DNA of 62,838 bases, filler included, from Craspedostauros australis (taxonomy: Eukaryota): assembly GCA_030167865.1 (NCBI GenBank). It is 3 parts of 3 records of this genome, joined end to end, with 100 filler letters (N's around TTAATTAATTAA, not from the genome) between each part and the next. Parts side by side here need not be neighbours in the genome. Positions count along the whole stretch, not along the records: positions 1 to 31,979 come from JALAGF010006455.1; positions 32,080 to 60,569 come from JALAGF010006457.1; 1 more part is not named here. One strand, 5' to 3'. Every line of letters starts with the position of its first letter. Position 1 is the first letter of the stretch. The notes under the pieces are model-generated. The model was given only the letters and a program-made list of their open reading frames with translations. It did no database searches and was not told the DNA's origin. Shown here piece after piece: positions 25,401 to 35,200 of this stretch. The position numbers and the translations under genes were made by a program.

Positions 25401-26881
25401 CATCTATCGCTCCATCTTCTACTCCAAGCGAAGCAACAGAATCTCCGACATCAAATCCAACATCAGCGCCCACAATCAAGCACAGCGAGACACCATCTAT
25501 CTCTCCATCTTCTACTCCAAGCGCGGCAACAGAGTCGCCGACATCAAACCCAACATCAGCGCCCACAATCAAGCACAGCGAGACACCATCTATCTCTCCA
25601 TCTTCTACTCCAAGCGCGGCAACAGAGTCGCCGACATCAAACCCAACATCAGCGCCCACAATCAAGCACAGCGAGACACCATCTATCGCTCCATCTTCTG
25701 CTCCAAGTGAAGCAACGGAATCACCAACATCAAACCCAACATCAGCGCCCACAATCAAGCACAGCGAGACACCATCTATCTCTCCATCTTCTGCTCCAAG
25801 TGAAGCAACAGAGTCGCCGACATCACATCCAACAGACGCACCTACCGTCAAGCACAGCGAGACACCATCTATCGCTCCATCTTCTACTCCTAGTGAGGCA
25901 ACGGAATCCCCGACATCAAATCCAACAGACGCACCAACAGTCAAGCACAGCGAGACACCATCTATCGTTCCATCTTCTGCACCAAGTGAAGCAACAGAAT
26001 CGCCAACATCAAACCCAACATCAGCGCCCACAGTCAAGCACAGCGATTCGCCATCCACCGCTCCATCTTCTCCTCCAAGCGAATCAACAGAACCGCCGAC
26101 ATCAAATCCAACATACGCACCAACGCGAAAGGATAGCGAATCGCCATCCACCAGTCCTTCGTCGGCTCCTAGTGAAGAAACAGAGTCGCCGACAATCAAG
26201 CCAACGTCAGCGCCCACGCTGAAGGAGAGCGAGTCGCCGTCGTTCTCTCCGTCCTTCACTCCAAGCGAGGCAACAGAATCGCCAACAAGCAATCCAACAT
26301 CGTCACCGACCGTCAAAACCAGTGAATCACCATCGTTCTCTCCGAGCGAAGAAACAACATCGCCAACACGTAGCCCGACATCGATCCCGACCGAAATCGA
26401 TTCGGCAGTGCCTACAGACATGCCTCGCATCACAACAAGCGCTCCAACTGTCGCTCCAACCCAAGGCCCAACTGCAGCTCCAGTTGCGACTCTGATTTCA
26501 GTATCCAGCACCGAAAGGACCATCGTTGAAGGGGCACCAAATTCTATCACTTTCAGTGGTCTGTCTCAAGCGCAGGCAGGCTCTTCAGTCAGCATCACCC
26601 TGATTCTGTTCGGGGATTTTGGCAATGATTCGGAGCACTCAACAATCTCCTTCGAAGGGACCGAGACCGACATTGCAACTTTCGTTCCTAACAGTGGTTC
26701 CACAAACCACCAAGGCGACTGCAACACTGTGCCACACGAACTCACCATTCCTGTCCCCGCATCCCAGTTCAATCAAAACTTTGTTTCGAGTTCCATTACT
26801 TTCATCGTGGAGCACTCAGTTGAAGTGAATACATTTTGCAGCAGAAACGGCGTCCGAATCAGTTTGGAGTACTTTGCTTGA
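13424..26881 (+). CDS. Giant membrane-anchored mucin-like PTS-repeat protein (~4,130 aa); model join(13424..13860,14137..14211,14566..14637,15082..26881)
   Basis: The 3922-aa ORF at 15113-26881 extends upstream through three GT-AG introns (donors AG|GTATGT, AG|GTATGT, AG|GTGAGT; CAG acceptors), all phase 2 and stop-free in frame. It contains an IQ-like motif, two hydrophobic segments, a Cys-containing domain, RRL sites, 22-aa and 31-aa repeats and a C-terminal beta-rich domain. One N gap at ~18070-18105 makes the length uncertain. Confidence 0.8.
17165..25010 (+). repeat. Coding tandem repeat, 66-bp unit (22 aa, SSAVPTGSESPSSAPSSQPTAS), about 120 copies
   Basis: Directly visible periodic sequence and translation. 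Copy number estimated as span/66; assembly collapse or expansion is possible. Confidence 0.95.
25060..26350 (+). repeat. Coding tandem repeat, 93-bp unit (31 aa, SEATESPTSNPTSAPTIKHSETPSISPSSTP), about 14 copies
   Basis: Period of 93 nt seen, for example between 25520 and 25613. Confidence 0.9.
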
Positions 26882-26932
26882 TATCCAATCTTATTTTACA
26901 TAATACAATTGACCAGGACTTCATGTTGATAT

Positions 26933-27549
26933 CCCTAATGAGTTTTTTGCTGACAAATTTGGCACATGTGCCAAATTTGTCACTTCTTTTGGGTTCGCAT
27001 CAACAGCGCTAATTGGCCTCCACGTGTAGGTGGCAAGATCGCATGCCAGACCAACATGGTCCTCCAGTGTGGTGGCTTCTCTCATTGTTTAACTGGAACC
27101 TTCTGGCGCAGGCAATTTCCGCTGCAAACAAGGCCACATAAGGAATTCAGAACCCTAATGACATACCCCATAAATGAATTATTTATCAACCAGCCGGAGC
27201 GCTTCGCACATAGACACTGTTGAAAGACAATGATTGGATGAAAATCACAGGCTTCGCTTGGAAATAGCACTGAAACAAGTTCCGTTTAGCATCGAATAGT
27301 CTCACCGCCGTCGGAAACCAACAGAAGCACAAACGCCAATCCTGGAGAAACAACAATCAAGAGTTTTGAGGACACAAAAGCGCCTCTCCGCGATAACGCT
27401 GTGTGGAAGTCGAAAAAACATTATCAGTACCACCTCAGGTGGCCGATGCGAACACACAGGATGTGACAAATGTGGCACATCGATCCAATTTGTCACATCA
27501 ATGTGAAGTGCCAAATTTGTCACATCGGGGGCCCAAAATCTCATTAGGG
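26933..27549. mobile_element. Non-autonomous piggyBac-like DNA transposon (MITE), 617 bp, ATAT target-site duplication
   Basis: Terminal inverted repeats CCCTAATGAGtTTTT / AAAAtCTCATTAGGG. ATAT flanks both ends (26929-26932, 27550-27553). Subterminal TGACAAATTTGGCAC motifs occur at both ends. No transposase ORF. Confidence 0.85.
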
Positions 27550-28904
27550 ATATCAGAGCTTGTGGGAGTTTGCAGAACGTTGAGACGATATATGACTGTG
27601 TCATACCATACCTGTAGCCCATGGCACAACGACCCATCTCGAATACGACCGCAAATTCGCCGACGACTGCAGAGGGATAGCCACATGCAGAGCCAGAGCG
27701 TTCGGCCGGATCTATCACCCGGGTTCACTCCAACCTACGCACACTCTTGGTTCATCGAGTCGTAAATTCGTGCAGCCTCAACGGCGCCTCAAAACGAAAG
27801 TACAAGTTCAACACGCTCTCTCGCACCAAACCAGAACAGTTCCCCGTGAGTACGAGGGCGCGACCCACAAATCCTCCCAAAGTGCAGGTAGCGACCTGTA
27901 ACAGCATTCCTCAGGAACTGCCGTCCCCTTCGTTTGTTCTTTCCACTGCTCTAATCTTACTCCACTCTCCAAATGCTCCACCCTTCGCACCAAACCTCTC
28001 TTGTTCCCGTCACGTAGCCATACAGCTCTTGAACGAAGAACGCGGACGAGGGACAGACTTATGGGGTGTCGTCCGATAATTAACGGACATCGTGAAAAGG
28101 CGTGGTAAATTTACAATTAAACGTATAATCTCATTCTCACCCAACACCAACAATACCGCGCGAGCAGGGTGAATCGCATCAAACACATCACCCACACAAC
28201 CACGACCATGAGGATTTCTGTGATTGTTTCGCTGTCGCGATCGATCTTGTTGCGCCAACGCCAAGTGGACAATTCCACACATAGCCGGACGCGTCAGATT
28301 CTCCGCTCCCATGTCCGAAGGATCCCACTTGGCGCGCCACGAGATTGAAGATACAAGTCCATTCAAACGCGCTGCACTCTGCCCGCGCCGTGAATACTGC
28401 ACGAGCAAACTTGCTTGTTACCGAGCCGGCCGCGGAGCATCACGTGTGGAAGAGACCAATCGCTGTCAAGATAGTACCTATGAGTACTACCACTCCTGAT
28501 CTATTGGTACTCCATTCATAGATCGTATCCCACCAAGCACCACAACAATGGCAACAGTTGCCTTGATGTCTGAGCACGGTACCATAGGTACCTATGATGC
28601 ACTTCACGCATCTCAATATCGCCGATGCCGAAAGAGCTGTTGGATCTCGCATGGCGCGGAGCAACTGGGATGACGAAGACGGAGCCGAAGTGTTTCCACC
28701 AACACACGATGCGCACCCAGCAGCTTTGATGCCCCAGATCTCTCCTCGGTGGCTTGCCGTCCCCCACCCATCATCTCAGCGCTTAGCGAGTGCCAAAGAT
28801 CCCCAAACTCACTTCCATCCATAATCTCGTCACAAAATCAGCAACCAACCAACCAACCAACTCACAAAGTCAACAAACATCTAACAAACAAATCAAGCAA
28901 CAAG

Positions 28905-29844
28905 ATGATGTTCAAGACCAGCACCCTAGCTCTCCTCCTGGCTTCCGCCATGGCCCTTTTCGTCAACAACGACTCCGCATTCGTTGCCGCCCACGACTCT
29001 GACAACGAGAAGGTCGACGACTTCGACATCCTGAAGGCCACCCGCCGACTCAAGTCTGCCAGCATCCCAGATGGACCACAGTCCCTCATTGTCCGCGTCA
29101 CCAACCTGGCCTTCCGCCAGCCATTCAGCGGCCTCTTCCTCATGGTTCACACCCGTGCCGCCGGCCCACTCTTCACCCTCGGTACGCCAGCCAGCGCTGC
29201 CCTCGGAACCCTCGCTGAGAACGGAGATCCATCCGCTTTGGTCACCGCATACGATGGCAAGCCAGGTGTCGCTACCGCCAAGGCCGTCGCAGGTCCAATC
29301 GGACCAGGCGCCAGCCTCGACATCCCAGTCACCGTCCCAGCTGGCTACTACGTCACCATCGCCACCATGGCGGTCAACACCAACGATTGGTAAGTAATGG
29401 ATATTCGTATGATTGTGTTGTCATCACATCGTTCACTATTGAATCAGAGGACAGAATCGAATCGAACCGAATCATATCTCTCACATTATCGTGCCCCCAT
29501 TGTTTCATTCTCTCATCCGATGACATCTCGTCACCACGTCCTCTTCAACAAAATCTCACCACGACACAACCAACAGCTTCGTCGCCCTGAGCGGTGCCAA
29601 GATCAGTCCAGGTGACATGTTCCGCGGAGTTGGATACGATTCCGGTACCGAGGTCAACAACCAGCAGTGTGATTCCATCCCAGGACCAGCCTGCCCAGCC
29701 GGCAACAACGCTGATGGTAACGGCGAGGGCTTCGTCCACATCCACCGCGGCATCCAGTCTGATGTTCCAACCAACACCCTCCCAAACACCCAGAACTACG
29801 ACTGGCGCAACCCAATGGTCCAGTTCCGTGTCATGAGCGCCTAA
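28905..29844 (+). CDS. Secreted Spondin_N-domain protein (250 aa); join(28905..29389,29577..29844)
   Basis: Signal peptide MMFKTSTLALLLASAMA and RRL motif. Spondin_N motifs VRVTNL..QPFS, LAENGD, NTNDCF (restored by splicing TG|C), YDSGTEVN, GEGFVHIHRG and YDWRNP. Intron GTAAGT...CAG. Strong C-ending codon bias. Confidence 0.88.
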
Positions 29845-30270
29845 GCAGAATGCGGAAGCAGCAGCTTAACAATGGAACCACCCGTTCCGCTGCCCAATAC
29901 AAGCATATGATACGAAAGGAAGAAAATCAAGAAGGCGACGCTGCGCGAAATGCACGTGGGAGAAAAGCAAGACTCTCGTATCAATGCTCTTCAATACTCC
30001 GTGCTGTGCGATGAGCAACGACACGTGAAGCACGTGGAAATCACACGCACGATCGAATCTCAAGGTACATCGCATAATAGAAAAAACACTATCGTGAGAC
30101 GACTCGAGTGCATCGATAGATATCTATTCTGAAACATAGTTGAATACGCGCAGTGGTCGAGCAGAGCAGACCACACTATTGACGTATGTCATACTGCCAT
30201 GGTCCGCGCTCCGACTACTCACACATTGAGGTCGGCGTAGATCGTCGGCGGCATGGGAACAATATGTAGG

Positions 30271-31683
30271 TTACAGATCATCGAGATTGATCTTCGCCAT
30301 GATCTTGTGCGCCGTCGCCACGCACGTTCGAGTATCGGTTGTGTGTCGGGCTGTTTTCCGTTTCCTCCCTCTGTCGCCCCCTTCTCTCCCGTCAACATCA
30401 GAAGAATCGTCCACCATGCTGCTATTGACATAGTCTGGATACTTCTCCAACAGCTGCTCGACCTTTCCTCTTGCACCCCATTCGTTGTACAACGCGAGAG
30501 CATTCCCCAAATATTGGCGCATCCAGTAGATGTTTGGGTCATCATCATTCAAGCTGGTCTCTCGTTGAGAGCCATAGCTTGCAGAAGCGTTGAGGTTTCT
30601 CGCCGAGGTGTGACCGCGGCCTTTCGCCCTGGATCTGCTGCTTGTTCTGCCATGGTCGGTCGCGGTAGGCCCAATCGTGCTCGCACTTGATTGCGATCGC
30701 TTCATCAGAAAGTACTCAGCGGCAAGTTCGTTCGCCAGCGCTGCGTCATGAATGTGTCCGATTCGGGCACAGCAGGAAATGGCCTTGTCGTATCCTGCTC
30801 TAATCGTCTGTTCAGATTCCTTCTTGGACGTGGCTGATATATCTGCTTGCATCATGAGGCACCGGTGGAGATTGTTGCCACCGTGAGTCTTGATTGTTGC
30901 CCGAAGCTCGTCTACACTGTGGGTGGAGTTGCGACGGTACTGTCTTCGCTTTCTTTTGTCCGCCGTCTTCTTCGCCAGCCTCGACATGATGAGTCCTGCA
31001 TGAAACAGCCGAACGGACTGGGTCGTGTATGTACGATCATGAGATGAAATTGCCTTCAGCGATGGAATGTAGTCTTTGCCCACTTGCAGCTCGCCGAGGT
31101 AGGTTGCAAGCTGTATCCGGGTCCAGTAGCAAACTGCCCAACGAGAGCTTTGCGAGCTCTGCACATCTGCGGCGAGAGGCATGTCGAATTTGTCCTTCCA
31201 ATGCTGCTTTGGTTGGTGCTGGGTTTCTCCACCTCGCGCTTGCGCAGACGAAACTCCACGCAAATACTCGAGCATATCTTGCACATACGTATAGGTGTCG
31301 CTCAATGCGGTGATGTTGTAATGTGTGACCTGGGCCATAAGTATGTCGCCAGCGCTGTACAACGAGGCGAGTGGCAGCCCGCAAAGGAACGAATGCATCA
31401 AGGACATCCCCCAGCACCTGTACGCCGACTCCAAATCCCCTGTCTCCATCCCTGCCAGTTGGCCACGTCGATAGTTCTCCAAGCAGACATGCACAGGCTC
31501 TGCCCACGCTGTCAGGAAGCCAGTGCTGGTCATGAAAAATTTGCTCTTGATATTGGTTGAATCCGTTTGTTCGATGAGTTGGTGAGATAACGGCTTCGCT
31601 CGATTTGCAAACTTGAAGTCTTTCAGGATATGCATTGCAATCGTCGCTCGTAACCTCCTTCGCCGCTCAGTCCGTACTTGGTC
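30271..31683 (-). pseudogene. 3' fragment of a second STAND/AAA_16 ATPase paralog, frameshifted and 5'-truncated
   Basis: C-terminal region resembles the 6494-10987 protein (GMETGDLE vs AMQAGDFE, ALANELAAEY, YNEWGA..KV). The family-like segment TKYGLSGEGGY lies in a different frame from ATIAMHIL (shift near 31645). Similarity stops at about 31683. Confidence 0.65.
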
Positions 31684-31979
31684 TGTCAGGAATCGAGGGT
31701 ACGACGCTGTCGGAAAGATACCCATGATTGCCGCAACTCCCAACATTATTTGTCACACCTTTGGATATTATTCGTCACACCTTTGAATATTATCCATTCC
31801 ACCCACGACACGAATCACACGGGAATGACCTCAGTCTTACCAAGAAAACAAGCCTGTCCTATGTGAACGAAGAAAAAGCCACGACATCTAAGACAATGTG
31901 AAGGAAGATGATGACCGACACATTGATGATCACCCCATCTGGAGATCATGGCACGTGTCAGCCAGGGACTAGAACAACT

Positions 31980-32079
31980 NNNNNNNNNNNNNNNNNNNNN
32001 NNNNNNNNNNNNNNNNNNNNNNNTTAATTAATTAANNNNNNNNNNNNNNNNNNNNNNNNNNNNNNNNNNNNNNNNNNNN
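31980..32079. other. Artificial scaffold spacer (N44-TTAATTAATTAA-N44)
   Basis: Exactly 100 nt. The central 12-mer gives stops in all six frames. Identical to the spacer at 60570-60669. Confidence 0.95.
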
Positions 32080-32241
32080 ACAGTGGCGTTCGACGATCGG
32101 TGTCATCGTGTGTACGAGGAACATGAAGGTTTCAACCCCTTACGCAAGAAAAGAAAGCGTACACACCCACGGAATATGCCGACGGAAAGGCCTTGGATGG
32201 GTCCCAATCGGTTGCATGCCTTCGGACTGGTCATTCCCATG

Positions 32242-35200
32242 CATGAGTAGCAAAATCGCGAAACACCGAGGAGCTGAATATTCATCGTTGCGTGCATGAC
32301 CAAATTGGACCGGAGTGACCCCTAAGTATACATTGGCGACCTATAACCACTCGGAGCGTGCCCATCGGGGACCACACCATGGCCCACTATCGTTGGTTTG
32401 CTTGAGGATCGATGATTTGTATGCACTTCTGGCCAGAACACGATATTCATTGCGTCTGAATATTCACTGTCATATGTATCACCAAATTGGACCGGAGGCA
32501 CGCTTAAATATGCATTGGCGACCTATAACCAGTCGGAACGCACCCATGGGGGACCATACCATGGCCTACTATCGTTGGTGTGCTCGCGCATTGATCATTC
32601 CTATGTACATCTAGCCAGAACACGATATTCAGTGGTGCTGAATATTCTACTTCATGTGTGTGACGCAATTTGACCGCAGGATCCCCTAAATATGCAATGG
32701 CAGCCTATAACCACTCGGAACGCACCCATCGGGGACCATACCATGGCCCACNNNNNNNNNNNNNNNNNNNNNNNNNNNNNNNNNNNNNNNNNNNNNNNNN
32801 NGCATGACCAAATTGGACCGGAGTGACCCCTAAATATACATTGGCGACCTATAACCACTCGGAGCGTGCCCATCGGGGACCATACCATGGCCCACCATCG
32901 TTGGTTTGCTTGAGGATCGATGATTTGTATGCACTTCTGGCCAGAACACGATATTCAGTGGCGCTGAATATTCAGCTTCATGTGTGTGACGAAATTTGAC
33001 CGGAGGCACGCTTAAATATGCATTGGCGACCTATAACCAGTCGGAACGCACCCATGGGGGACCATACCATGGCCTACTATCGTTGGTGTGCTCGCGCATT
33101 GATCATTCCTATGTACATCTAGCCAGAACACGATATTCAGTGGTGCTGAATATTCTACTTCATGTGTGTGACGCAATTTGACCGCAGGATCCCCTAAATA
33201 TGCAATGGCAGCCTATAACCACTCGGAACGCACCCATCGGGGACCATACCATGGCCCACCAGCGTTGGTTTGCCCGCGCATTGACCATTCCTATGCACTT
33301 CTGGCCAGAACACGATATTCAGTGGCGCTGAATATTCACTGTCATATGTATCACCAAATTTGACCGGAGGATCCCTTAAATATGCATTGGCGACCTATAA
33401 CCACTCGGAACGCACCCATTGGGGACCGTACCACGGCCCACCATTGTTGGTTTGCTTGCGCATTAATCATTCCTATGCACTTCTAGCCAGAACACGATAT
33501 TCAGTGGTGCTGAATATTCAACTTCATATGAATCACCAAATTCGACGGAGGGACCTCTAAATACGTAATGGCGGTCTATAACCACTTGGAACGCACCCAT
33601 GGGGGACCATACCATGGCCCACCATCGTTGGTTTGCTCGCGCATTGATCATTCCTATGCACTTCTGGCCAGAACATGATATTCAGTGCTGCTGAATATTC
33701 AACTTCATATGTATCACCAAATTGACCGCAGAACCCCAAAATATGCATTGGCGACCTATAATCACTTGGAACGCACCCATGGGGGACCATACCATGGCCC
33801 ACTATCGTTGGTTTGCTCGCGCATTGATCCTTTACATGTACATCTGGCCAGAACACGATATTCAGNNNNNNNNNNNNNNNNNNNNNNNNNNNNNNNNNNN
33901 NNNNNNNNNNNNNNNCATGAGTAGCAAAATCGCGAAACACCGAGGAGCTGAATATTCATCGTTGCGTGCATGACCAAATTGGACCGGAGTGACCCCTAAA
34001 TATACATTGGCGACCTATAACCACTCGGAACGTGCCCATCGGGGACCACACCATGGCCCACTATTGTTGGTTTGCTCGCGCATTGATCATTCCTATGTAC
34101 ATCTGGCCAGAACACGATATTCAGTGTTGCCGAATATTCAGCTTCATGTGTGTGACGCAATTTGACCGCAGGATCCCCTAAATATGCAATGGCAGCCTAT
34201 AACCACTCGGAACGCACCCATTGGGGACCATACCATCGTCCCCCATCGTTGGTTTGCCCGCGCATTGACCATTCCTATGCACTTCTGGCCAGAACACGAT
34301 ATTCAGTGGCGCTGAATATTCACTGTCATATGTATCACCAAATTTGACCGGAGGATCCCTTAAATATGCATTGGCGACCTATAACCACTCGGAACACACC
34401 CAACAGGGGCCATACCACGGCCCACCATCGTTGGTTTGCTCGCGCATTGATCATTCCCATGCAATTCTGGCCAGAACACGATATACATTGCCTCTGAATA
34501 TTCACTGTCATATGAATCACCAAAATTGACCGCAGAACCCCTAAATACGTAATGACGGCCTATAACCACTTGGAACACACCCATTGGGGACCATACCATG
34601 GCTCACCATCGTTGGTTTGCTCGGGCATTGGTCATTCCTATGCACTTCTGGCCAGAACACGATATTCAGTGGTGCTGAATATTCACTGTCATATGAATCA
34701 CCAAAATTGACCGCAGGATCCCTTAAATATGTAATGGCGGTCTATAACCACTTGGAACGCACCCATTGGGGACCATACCATCGTCCCCCGTTGTTGGTTT
34801 GCTCGCGCATTGACCATTCCTATGTACATCTATCCAGAACACGATATACATTGCCTCTGAATATTCACTGTCATATGAATCACCAAAATTGACCGCAGAA
34901 CCCCAAAATATGTAATGGCGGCCTATAACCACTTGGAACGCACCCATTGGGGACCATACCATCGTCCCCCATTGTTGGTTTGCTCGCGCATTGATCATTC
35001 CTATGCACTTCTGGCCAGAACACGATATTCAGTGGTGCTGAATATTCACTGTCATATGAATCACCAAAATTGACCGCANNNNNNNNNNNNNNNNNNNNNN
35101 NNNNNNNNNNNNNNNNNNNNNNNNNNNNCTGGCCAGAACACGATATTCAGTGGTGCTGAATATTCACTGTCATATGAATCACCAAAATTGACCGCAGGAT

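Noticed and set aside
17221..26550. 3109-aa antisense ORF (GDSLPVGTALEAVGCEDGADD repeats) and Gln/His-rich alternative-frame ORFs
   Set aside because: Shadow frames of the coding repeat: a stop-free unit stays open when tandemly repeated. They end where the repeats end and have no unique domains.
26864..26881. Mucin C-terminus EYFA resembles class II PDZ ligands, and a PDZ gene lies upstream
   Set aside because: The C-terminal domain is most likely extracellular and the motif is probably the last beta-strand, so this is likely coincidence.
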